A stretch of 64,000 nt of DNA from Cladosporium halotolerans (lineage: Eukaryota): contig NW_027191456.1 in the NCBI RefSeq assembly GCF_011745625.1, positions 620,001 through 684,000 of the forward strand, written 5' to 3'. Below are positions 11,176 to 20,954 of the stretch, piece after piece (position 1 is the stretch's first letter; the number at the start of each line of letters is the position of its first letter). A program made the position numbers and the translations under genes. Below the pieces are notes generated by a model. That model did no database searches and was not told the DNA's origin. It saw only the letters and a list, made by a program, of their open reading frames with translations.

Positions 11176-11820
11176 TCAAGCCTTTGCTGGCACGCCAGTC
11201 ACGATGGCAATGTCTGTGATCTTGCCGCCGTTGAACCCCTCCGCATCGTACGGACAACTACTGCAAGCGCAAATGCAGTCTTGCATGGCTTCAAATTCAA
11301 CATAGTCGCCAGGCTTGCTGCTTCCGAGGCGCTTCAAGCTGTAATTCGGTGTGTTCTGGAAGATGTTGAATGGATCCGTGACGTCCAGGTGATCCTTCAT
11401 TCCATGTGGCTCCATAGCTTCGGCAATATTCGAGGCGCAGGAGCGGTGTCCAGGTCGACCTTCCTTTTCGTACATCTTAGGAAAGCAGCTCATAAAGGTC
11501 ATGTCGTGTACCTTCACCGTGTCTTCGACTAGCTTCAGGATTGGGTCGTCGTTGTTGGTCCAAAGATACTCCCCGACCGCAGGCGTAACGCCATTGAGGC
11601 GGAAACGGGTATAGGCCATACTGAGCTTCTCTCTGAGATTAGTGCCTTGTACCCAGGCGGCGAAGTCGACGACTTGCTCGCCATAGAGATCAACAACGCG
11701 AAAGTGTTCGCCCTTCTTCACCTCGAAGGCGAAACCATGGGCCGCCTTGACAATGTGCGTCTTCGGCCTAGACTCCGTCTCGTAAGAGACATTCGCTTGT
11801 TGGATTTCCGGGAAGCTCAT
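11176..11820 (-). CDS. DUF1989 / urea carboxylase-associated family protein
   Basis: Intronless; motifs GEHFRVVDLYGEQVVDF, HDMTFMSC, HRSCASN, DPFNIFQN, SKPGDYVEFEAMQDCICACSSCP are typical of DUF1989. The AUG at 11820 (MSFPEI) is preferred over the TTG at 11898. Confidence 0.85.
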   Translation of the reverse strand: MSFPEIQQANVSYETESRPKTHIVKAAHGFAFEVKKGEHFRVVDLYGEQVVDFAAWVQGTNLREKLSMAYTRFRLNGVTPAVGEYLWTNNDDPILKLVEDTVKVHDMTFMSCFPKMYEKEGRPGHRSCASNIAEAMEPHGMKDHLDVTDPFNIFQNTPNYSLKRLGSSKPGDYVEFEAMQDCICACSSCPYDAEGFNGGKITDIAIVTGVPAKA

Positions 11821-12266
11821 TGTGTACTCAATATACGCAGGCAATAAGTACCTCGATATCTGGCCTCTTGTCAGCAGGCGTTCAAGGCGGCTTTGCAATG
11901 CGAACGCGCATGACCCCGGCTGCAGTGGCCACGGGGCGATGCAAGTACCAGGCGTACCCTTGAGGGTGTGAGACGAGATGGTGTTGCCTTACTCTTCGCT
12001 ACTCGCCGCGTCAGTGTCTGATGGCGCCGTGTGCACCGTCGACCGGGGCGGCGATACTTATTCATGCGCGGGATCCGGCAACGGGGTGAGCCGCCATGAC
12101 GTTGTGGTGCACTCGCCGACTGGACCTTGCGCCTGCGCTGCGCCGGTCTAGAGCTCCCACTATTCTAGCCCGAGTGACCGGTCATCCTGGAGACACACAC
12201 CACCGCGGATTTGCGCGTGTACGCGTCCCCCTTTGACCCCCCGAGCGCTGGCGCATACAAGTCACC

Positions 12267-15257
12267 GTGGCGCCCCAATTCTGGCGGCGTTTCCTGCAAC
12301 GCTCCTCCAAGCCTAGCCAGCACAACCGCACCTCTCTGTTCCGGTACCTGTTTCCGAACGTTCATGCTGAGGCGAGGAGGAAGCTCGACAACCTACGATA
12401 CCATCGTCTACCACACCTGCGACACAAGGCTCAAGCCTCGATCTACCGCTATCTAGTCTCTCGCCAGCTCCGCAAGAAACAACGCAAATTCACCGGCATA
12501 CTCGGACGCCTGAGGGTGCCTCGAGTGAATCGACGATCCATAAGGTCTCCGAAAGATGCTGCTGCCTTGCGACACAAGGAAAATATGGCGTTCAACAGTT
12601 CTGGCGGCAGCGGGTATGCCGACCTCTCTGTCTTCAGATCGGAAGGGAAAGAGCCTGGCGCACGACGGAAAAAGCTGGCGGGTTATCTGAAAGCAGCCAA
12701 CGAACTGCGATCTAGCTATTGGCAGGGAGGAGACTCGAACGCATCGAAAGGTGGCGACGAGGGACAGGACAATCCATTCCCCGATGCGTCGATCGTAAAG
12801 AATGGCAACGCAGAGATGATATTATTCCCAAGCTATGCTCGCAAACACGTCAAAAACAGGGAGAGACCTGTTTCGGATGAGAATAGTAATGATGAGGATT
12901 ATTGGCGACGGCAATGGGAACAACACGAGAGCGACAAAGCTATCGTTGATGTAGATGTGCGCGGTTGGATCTACAACCCACAACGAGGGCCCCACGGCCG
13001 TAAACACCGCTTAATGATTGGTGTAGCACGACAGGTGGTCGGTCTTCCCGCACCGCCGACCAAGTCGAACGACAACAGCAGGCCTTCAAGTCGTGCATCC
13101 AGCCCGAACAGGGCGCCGGGGCAAGAAGAAGATCTGATCAATTTTGAAGCAGAGCAATTGGTCCAACGTGGAAATGCTGAAGCGGAGAAAGCACAGCAAG
13201 GCGCTTTTAGCGAGGGCAAAGGGAGTCGACTCTCTGCGTCACCTCAGCCGACAAGCACTCCGGACAAATCAGGACAAATTACTCCAGTACAAAAGCGTTC
13301 AAGCTGGGCACAGCCTGCGCATATGACTGCAGCGGAACTTGCTACGGCGAATGCGCACCTACTCACGCGATTAAAGCCCTTTCTGGCTACTGGCCTTGCA
13401 GAACAGCCCATCAGTGCTTTCTTTTACAACGATAAAATCTCACGCCAGCGAACAGTCTATACAGACGCATCCGGCCATTTCAATGTTAGAGCGCCGCTGG
13501 ATTTCATCCCGACTCACGTACGCGTTTTAGCGGGAGAGGGCTTTTCGGCGACGGAAGAAGTGCAGGTCACCCTCGATAAAGGCGTCAGCTTGATCAGCGA
13601 TATCGACGATACCATCAAACACTCGAACATCACCGGCGGTGCTCGCGAAATCTTCCGCAACGCCTTTATCCGTGACCTGGGGGATCTAACCATAGAGGGT
13701 GTCCGCGAGTGGTACAATACTATGCACGACATGGGCGTGAAGGTTCACTATGTGTCCAACTCGCCATGGCAGGTATATCCTGTCCTTTCGAGCTTCTTCA
13801 AGCTTGCGAATCTACCCCCGGGGTCGTTTCATCTGAAACAGTACAGCGGAGCCCTACAGGGAATTTTCGAGCCGGTGGCTGAGCGGAAGAAGGGCACTCT
13901 GGACAGATTAATGCGAGACTTTCCGGACCGCAAATTTATTCTTGTGGGCGACAGCGGAGAGGCAGATCTTGAGGTCTATACCGACGTCGTCATCGATAAT
14001 CCAGGAAGAATCCTCGGAGTCTTCATCCGCGATGTGACCACACCAGTCAGGTCTGGCTATTTCGATCCCAGCAATGGATCGGGCAGCGGCAAAAACAGCA
14101 AGCCAAACAGCCGCAATCACTCAAGGAACCATTCACGAACACACAGTGGCGACAGCCTGCAGATGTCGAAGCGGCTCAACCGGCCAGGCGACATTCGCGA
14201 AGACGACGCCGACCTCAAAGCGGCAATCGCGGCGTCCCTGCAAGACATGGAGGAGGAAATGCGTCAAGTCAGGCACAGCATCAACCCAGACGCGCACGTC
14301 GAGAGCCGATTCCAAGACGATGGCCGAGCCGGCCGACCTCCGCTTCCTGGACGACTGGCCACTTCACCGGGCTCGATCGCGCACTTTTCGACGTCCCCTG
14401 AGGAGGACCTGATCGACTTCAGCGAGCAGATGCCCAAGCGGCCCGAGATGTTCCTGAGGCCCTCAGACAGCAACCTCGCCATGCGAAGAGCAAGCAACAC
14501 ATCAAAGCCGCACAAGCACACGCCGGCGCCCCCACCCAAACCGCAAGCTCTCCGCCAACCCGACAACCAGCCCTCAGAAGCCACCAAAGCCCCTCCGCCC
14601 CGCCCACGCAAACCCTCCAGCACAGTCAAACCCCCCTCGACCTCCACCGCACAACCCCAACAACCCCCTCACCAACCCCAAGTCATCCAGCCCTCCCCCC
14701 TAAGCCAAGTCCAGCGCTCCGCCTCCGGCGCCAAACAACCCCCACCCCTCCCCACCCGCCGCGGCGCCAACAAACGCACCAGCACCAAACCCTCCGACGC
14801 CACCCCCATGCCCGGATCCTGGCACTCCGACCTCGCCTACGGCAGCCTCCCGCCCAGCAGCCAGCCCGTCTCAAAACCCACCGAGCCCACCCGCAGCGGC
14901 ACCCTGGACCCCAGCGCGCTGCGCCCGCTCGCCCCGCCCCCTCCCCCGCGCCGGCAAGCGAGCAGCAGCACGCTGTCCTTCAGCTCGTCCGCGCGCCGCC
15001 CGCGCGACAGCGCGGCCTGGAGCGACGATGGCCTGCCCAGCAGCCCCGGCGACGGCTTCGGCAAGAAAGAGCTGCTGTGGCAGCAGCGCTTGCAGAAGGC
15101 GCGTGCGGTCATGGACCGGCACGGCGTGACGCTGAGGACGTGGAGGGTCGGCGGCGACGTGGCGGATGTGTGTGTGCGGTTGGCGGAGATGGAGATTAGG
15201 GAGATGGAGTGGGAGAGGAAGAAGGTGGAGAGGTGGGAGAGGGAGGGGAGGAAGTGA
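12267..15257 (+). CDS. APP1: Phosphatidate phosphatase App1 (actin patch protein 1, DUF2183); first in-frame AUG at 12585, possible GUG start at 12267
   Basis: ISDIDDTIK (DxDxT), HYVSNSPWQ, LPPGSFHLKQY and FILVGDSGEADLEVY motifs, plus a Pro-rich C-terminus. Confidence 0.9.
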   Translation: MAPQFWRRFLQRSSKPSQHNRTSLFRYLFPNVHAEARRKLDNLRYHRLPHLRHKAQASIYRYLVSRQLRKKQRKFTGILGRLRVPRVNRRSIRSPKDAAALRHKENMAFNSSGGSGYADLSVFRSEGKEPGARRKKLAGYLKAANELRSSYWQGGDSNASKGGDEGQDNPFPDASIVKNGNAEMILFPSYARKHVKNRERPVSDENSNDEDYWRRQWEQHESDKAIVDVDVRGWIYNPQRGPHGRKHRLMIGVARQVVGLPAPPTKSNDNSRPSSRASSPNRAPGQEEDLINFEAEQLVQRGNAEAEKAQQGAFSEGKGSRLSASPQPTSTPDKSGQITPVQKRSSWAQPAHMTAAELATANAHLLTRLKPFLATGLAEQPISAFFYNDKISRQRTVYTDASGHFNVRAPLDFIPTHVRVLAGEGFSATEEVQVTLDKGVSLISDIDDTIKHSNITGGAREIFRNAFIRDLGDLTIEGVREWYNTMHDMGVKVHYVSNSPWQVYPVLSSFFKLANLPPGSFHLKQYSGALQGIFEPVAERKKGTLDRLMRDFPDRKFILVGDSGEADLEVYTDVVIDNPGRILGVFIRDVTTPVRSGYFDPSNGSGSGKNSKPNSRNHSRNHSRTHSGDSLQMSKRLNRPGDIREDDADLKAAIAASLQDMEEEMRQVRHSINPDAHVESRFQDDGRAGRPPLPGRLATSPGSIAHFSTSPEEDLIDFSEQMPKRPEMFLRPSDSNLAMRRASNTSKPHKHTPAPPPKPQALRQPDNQPSEATKAPPPRPRKPSSTVKPPSTSTAQPQQPPHQPQVIQPSPLSQVQRSASGAKQPPPLPTRRGANKRTSTKPSDATPMPGSWHSDLAYGSLPPSSQPVSKPTEPTRSGTLDPSALRPLAPPPPPRRQASSSTLSFSSSARRPRDSAAWSDDGLPSSPGDGFGKKELLWQQRLQKARAVMDRHGVTLRTWRVGGDVADVCVRLAEMEIREMEWERKKVERWEREGRK

Positions 15258-15738
15258 GGGAATGTGAGGTGAAGTGAAGTGGAGTGGAAGGGTGCGGGAT
15301 GTTTCCTTTCGAGGTTTATTGATGAAGAGGTGACGACCTGATGAAAATGGTAGATGGTAAACAGGTGGTGGGTGGCTTTTTTTTTGCATGGAGCCAAATA
15401 TTTCTCTTCACTTCTCTGTATCGTAATGCATAGCGAGCGAGCTTGGCTGGGGAGGTGGATTTTTTTTTGGACCGCATATACGTGAAGTACGAACGTTTAC
15501 AAATTTGGATGCGAGGTCTCACATTAACAAGTGTCCGGGCTTCTGTGGGTTGCTAAGTGAAGCTTGAATGGAACGGACTTCGGAAAGTGTGGAATAAACT
15601 CTGTATGTGCATTCTACAAATACCAATTGGATGTAAAGCGTGCGTGATCTCGTCCCATCCCAAAGCACCCAGAAACGCCCTGAACCAAACCCCACGCTTA
15701 TTAATGCGCCAAACCAAAATCTAAAGAACCCCACATAC

Positions 15739-17604
15739 CTACCTCAAGCCCTCTTTATACGTGACAGCCGCTGCAGTGGAACTACCCGTGTTCGAAGAAA
15801 CTGTAGACGTAGGATCCTTGCACCCGAACCACCCCGGCGTCTTGCACGTGCTCGTAGAGCTGGCCACCGAGCTCGAGGGCGACGCGAGGCTCGTCGAAGT
15901 GGTCGTCACGGGCGTGCTAGACGTCGTAGTGACGATTGGCGCAGGCGCGGCGGTGGGGGACGTGATGGTCGTCGTCAGAGTCATGGTCGTGGGGTCTTTG
16001 CAGCCGAACCAGCCCGGGGTCTTGCAGGATGAGGTCGTGAGGGTGCTGGTCATTGTCGTTGTGGGGGTAGGGGGCGTGGTCGTCTCGTCCAAGCAGCCCC
16101 ACCAGCCGGGGGTTTTGCAGGTCTCTGTGCGAGTTTGGGAGGTCGTGCTCGAGGGTTTGCTGGAGCTGGTGGTGGTTTCGCTGCTGTTGCTTTCGAAAAA
16201 CTTCCAGTTGAAGCAGTCCTGGCATTCGAAGTCTTCCTCGCAGGAGGGCACGGTGTCGTATTTCTCGATGACGTCTTTGATCACGTTGACGATGCGGTGT
16301 GTGCCAACGCCGGTGCGCCAGCCGAGGTCGCCGACGGTGTCGTAGATGCAGGTGCGGCCTGTGTGGCATTGGCTTTGCAAGGCGTAGCCTGCGATGGTGC
16401 AGAGCGAGGTGGCGGCATTGCACGTCCCCATAAAGATTGGATCGGCAGTATGGCCGTAGTGATGAATGCCAGTGCTTGGACGCGACTGATGAGCGCCGAT
16501 GCGATAACCTGGAGGTGTGGGAAGTCCAAGCCGAGAGGCAGCCATAGCGTCTGGGTAGGCCTCGAAAGTCATGACGGGCAAGCCGTAGGTTAGGCCGAGC
16601 AGGGAGCCCACCACTCCACCGAGTGAGTGGCCAGACATCCATACGTCAGAATTAGGGTATCTCTCGGTGACGTTGTGGTAGAGGTCGCGAGCTGCGAAGT
16701 AGTAATGGCTCTTCTGTCGCAGACTCTTGACCAAGCAGGTTGAGTTGCACGTGTAGGTGTTGGTCATGCAATCGCAGACTTGCTTCCAACCATACGGCCC
16801 TCCTTGACCACAGCAGCAGGAGCCAAACAGATTATCGTTCAGCTTGTCATTGCCGGTGGTCTCTGCGCCGTCGAAGATAGCCATCGAGGTACCTTTCAGT
16901 CCGATCACAATCGTGCCATTCGTCTTGTCCGCAAAGATGTGTCCGCGTAATCCATCCTGCTCCCAACCGAAGTCCTCAGTGTAGTTGAAGCCTCCACCCA
17001 CCTCCTGCCACTCTCCTGTTCCGTGTTCGTGGGTGTACGCGTTGTTCGCCATCCTCGCGAAGCTTAGTACCGTCTCTTTATCAGTCACATTAGGTCCGGC
17101 GACCTCATCGACTGTCCAGGCAGACGAGGGTAACGTCGCAGCTTCTCCATGCACCTCAGCATGCTCCAGCAACCCGTCAATCCTTGATTTCCTTCGATCG
17201 GCCAGTCGCTGCATGGAAGTAGAAGCAGCCCTAGCTCGCAGCACGCGAGGGGCGGGCTCGTAGGTAGCACCGAAGTCACTGGTGACTTTTAAATTTGCAT
17301 CTTCAGGTATGTCCATATACCGGTGAAGGTCAGGATAGTCGTGAGATCCATGGTGATAGATGTGCCGTAGTGTCTAGTCACGCGATTAGCTGCCTGGTTG
17401 GCCCCAAGGATGGCTGCCGCAACTCACAAATTCCTTCTCTTCAAGAGCTATAGGAGGCTTTGCTTCGCCGATATCATTATCCAGCCCGGGAGGCAGAATG
17501 ACATATGGGTTCCTCTGTTCTGCCCTCTGGCGTGGCGAGCGAGCGGCATCGGCGGAGGCGGTGATTGATAGCAGGCACGACAGCAACAAGCTACCGTGCA
17601 TCAT
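15739..17604 (-). CDS. ATG15: Autophagy lipase Atg15; intron 17427-17374
   Basis: N-terminal hydrophobic segment, spliced EF|TLRHIYHHG, GLRGHIFAD, DKLNDNLFGSCCC, lipase motif GHSLGG, and a Thr-rich tail with CKTPGWxGC repeats. Confidence 0.93.
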
Positions 17605-18305
17605 GATGGCGGTAGGACTTGCTGTTGCGCGAGGAGGCGGAGAGGGAATAAGGCATCGCATATGGAAGGTTCGTAGCAGGATAAATCAGGCACGCAGATC
17701 ACGAGACATGGCGATGCACGCGGGTGGTGATAGCAGTGGTGATGGTGTGGAGAGGCGACGACGATGTCATTGTTTGGGGTCGGCCCGGCGGTGGCGCATG
17801 AGCCGCGGCGCGGGCTGCAGGGCGACGCGGGCGGGCGAGGGACACGCGGGCGCCGATCGGCCAGCGGGTGCTCAAGGGTCGCTGGACGCAGCAGCAGATG
17901 ACCGCCACGGCCAGACTCGATCGGATCCCGCAACGCAAGACGGCGCAGGACGGAACGTGCTGTTACGACTCACAAAGCTGGCTGCCGCCTGATCACAGTC
18001 TCTCGGAGGATGCTGAGGCCAGCTTGGTTGGTGCTTGCGTCACTTTGATAGCTCCGTCTCGTCAGGCACCCAGGTGCCAGGCCTAGAAACGTCCTCAAAC
18101 CCTCGTCCACCACTCCTCGTCAGCACTCACCTGCCGTGCCGGAGACGCCGGAGAGGAGTAACGACATCCTCGCTGTACTGATTCTGTATACCACTGTCGC
18201 TACCACCGGTCTTGTTCATACATCCTTATCAGCGGGGCGTTCTGCAGCCCGCATCCCGACTGCATTGCCCGCCATCTGTGCTTTTGCCGGCGTTGAGCTA
18301 CCGCA

Positions 18306-20624
18306 ATGTCTTCCGGCGAATCCACCCAAAACCACGACAGCAGGCCTAGAGCGCTGCACACATCACGCTCCTTCACGAGGATGGAGTCGCCGTCATCTAC
18401 TCCCTCTTCACCACGGAAAAGAGCAAACACAACACAAGTCTCCGGAATAGCTTCGATACCCGAAGCCAGGTCTATCGATGCCTCGCCGGAGCTGTTTGGC
18501 AAGGACTCGAAAGCCGACGTCTTTGAAAACCGTCATGATGAGGAGGATGAGGGCTCGGAAACGGAGGTGGCCACTCCTGAGCTGAACCTCCCCAGCACCC
18601 TGGACGAGCTCCCCATCGAAATCAGGAGCATGACGGAGCGCTTTCTGGACAGTCTGTCGGCAAAGGTACATCCAGCTCCCCTCAGCGCCGAAACGCTTTC
18701 AGACATGTTCCAAGACTTCTACGAGCGGGCGGCGTCCCAGATATCCATCCATATTGCGACATTGGCGTCTCGTCTGGGAAGGAAAGATTCGTCTCCAACT
18801 GCAACTATGCGGAGTAGCAAGGGAAGGGCAAGAGCTGGATCTACGGCAAAGAGGAACGAGAGCCCAAGCAGTACAACCAGCGGAGGCGAAATGCTCACGG
18901 TGTCAGAGGTGTCTGATCGCAAAAAAGCAAGGAAGCAGCTGGAGCTTAAACGCATCGCCTTGGAAGAGGCTGTCGAACGAGCCGTGTGCGAGAGGATATA
19001 CGACAAATTGTGGAAACACAGAACCACGGACGACGATGCCAGAGACGAGAAGCTGCGGTCACGCACGGCGGCCTTGTCGCTGGTAGGCATTGGCTTGAAA
19101 GAGCTGCATGTGGACATTGAACCGTCGGACGGCCCAACACCGAAGACTGCTGCGGAGAAGGAGGCAGAAATCCATTCTTCTCTTGCACCAGCTAGGGAGG
19201 CACTGGAGCGTATGGACGATGAGCGATACCCACTGGGCAAGCTGCAACATCTGACAGTGGCACACAAGAGCATTGTGGAAACACTATCCCAGCTATTTCC
19301 CTCATCATCTTCAGCCGACGAAATCTTACCGACACTCATCTACACATTGATCACTTCTTCAGATCTAGACCTCAACGTTATCAGCAACCTCAACTTCATC
19401 CAGCGCTTCCGCGCTTCTAGTAAAGTCGACGGCGAATCCGCGTACTGCCTGGTGAATCTGGAGGCCTCCATCTCGTTCCTCGAGACTGTCGACCTGTCGT
19501 CACTGCGAGCAGACGAGCAACCAGAAGGCCCCGCCAAGTCAAGCAGTCGGCCATCGACCCCCAACACAGACAAAACAGCCCCAGCACAGCCAGCTGTGAA
19601 CCGCTCGCTCAAGCCCGAAACAACAGCAGTCTCCGCCCTATCCCACGACAAAAGCACCCCAGACCTAACCAACAAACCCCTCCCATCCACAACCACTTCC
19701 TCACGTCCCGGCGCCCCCCACCGCCGCCTGAGCAGCATGGTACAAGCCCAAGCCGACCGCTTCGAAGCCAGCCGCGAGAACCTGCTCCAAGCAGCCGACA
19801 AAGTCTACGACAGCATCAACGGCACGCTCGAGAACAGCCTCGCCTCCCTCTTCGGCCGCCTCAAAGACCAAGTCCCCAACAACAATCCCACCCTGCCCAA
19901 AACCCTCGAGGAAGCCCGCAAGCTCGTCTCGACCCCTCCCGCCGCGACGCCTGAAGACGAGTACCCGCCCAGCATCACCCTCTCCGGCCGCTCCTCGCCC
20001 GCCGACGACCCCCTCACCAGCGAAATCCCCTCCGCCAACCAAAAACCACCCACCACCTCCCGCCCCCTCGAACTCCTCGCCGGCCGCCGCCCAACCCGCG
20101 ACCGCAGCGCCGACAGCACCAGCAGCACGACCAGCGGCAGCAAGCGCGCCCCCTTCCCCTCCTCCAGCCGCTCCCCGCAACCGCCCACCAGCAAACCCGC
20201 CGGCGCCGGGTCCGCAACAGACGAACCCCTCAACGCCGCCGCAAACTTCATCACAGCCATCAACCCGCTCAACCGCTTCGCGTCCGCCGTGCCCTCGTTC
20301 CCGCGCTTCGGCCGCGCAGCCAGCACCGGCGCATCGACGCCCTCGCCCCAACCTCCCCCCGCGGCGCAGCCCCCTCCTCCTCCGCAGAAAGAAGCGAACG
20401 CCGACGCCGCGAACGAGCTGGAGAAGACGCGCAGCCGCGTGAGCGAAGGCGGTTCAGATCTGAACGCGATCGAGGCGCTGGCGGAGTTGCGGCGGATCAA
20501 GCCGCCGCGCAGGAGGTTCCTGGAAGTGCAGGGGGCCGGGGAGCTGAGGTTGGGGGAGGTGGAGGAGTTGTTGTCGGAGTATAGGCGGTTGGCGAAGGCG
20601 ATTGGGGAGGCGGTTGCGCAGTAG
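18306..20624 (+). CDS. VPS9-domain guanine nucleotide exchange factor (Muk1-like)
   Basis: VPS9 core PLGKLQHL...SADEILPTLIYTLI...NLNFIQRFR...GESAYCLVNLEASISFLE, and a C-terminal LRLGEVEELLSEYRRL motif. Confidence 0.85.
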   Translation: MSSGESTQNHDSRPRALHTSRSFTRMESPSSTPSSPRKRANTTQVSGIASIPEARSIDASPELFGKDSKADVFENRHDEEDEGSETEVATPELNLPSTLDELPIEIRSMTERFLDSLSAKVHPAPLSAETLSDMFQDFYERAASQISIHIATLASRLGRKDSSPTATMRSSKGRARAGSTAKRNESPSSTTSGGEMLTVSEVSDRKKARKQLELKRIALEEAVERAVCERIYDKLWKHRTTDDDARDEKLRSRTAALSLVGIGLKELHVDIEPSDGPTPKTAAEKEAEIHSSLAPAREALERMDDERYPLGKLQHLTVAHKSIVETLSQLFPSSSSADEILPTLIYTLITSSDLDLNVISNLNFIQRFRASSKVDGESAYCLVNLEASISFLETVDLSSLRADEQPEGPAKSSSRPSTPNTDKTAPAQPAVNRSLKPETTAVSALSHDKSTPDLTNKPLPSTTTSSRPGAPHRRLSSMVQAQADRFEASRENLLQAADKVYDSINGTLENSLASLFGRLKDQVPNNNPTLPKTLEEARKLVSTPPAATPEDEYPPSITLSGRSSPADDPLTSEIPSANQKPPTTSRPLELLAGRRPTRDRSADSTSSTTSGSKRAPFPSSSRSPQPPTSKPAGAGSATDEPLNAAANFITAINPLNRFASAVPSFPRFGRAASTGASTPSPQPPPAAQPPPPPQKEANADAANELEKTRSRVSEGGSDLNAIEALAELRRIKPPRRRFLEVQGAGELRLGEVEELLSEYRRLAKAIGEAVAQ

Positions 20625-20954
20625 TGAGTGAGGTGTGGCCGCCGGGATGTGGGACTGGGTGAAGACGTAGGACGGGGATGGCAGAGATTTATTACAAGAC
20701 CACAGATGTCACGATCAGAACAAGTAAACATGAATGGTGTAAGGCAAATTGGAACTTTTTGTGTTGGCAGGCAACGTGAAAGTATTGAATTGAATTTCGT
20801 GTCGCATAAAAAGTCGACTATCATTTTTTTGTGACCCAGCCGTCCCTGATGCGCCGTTAAACCTGCCAAAGAAAATGGTATCGTGAAGCAAAGCACGCCT
20901 TAGAATGAACCCGCACGTTTCCCAAAACCACCGTTCAAGGTGAGTGGAAAACGC

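Noticed and set aside
11821..12260. Possible guanidine riboswitch upstream of the DUF1989 gene
   Set aside because: No paired ACGR-loop hairpins or other ykkC-type consensus found by eye; only an Infernal scan would be decisive.
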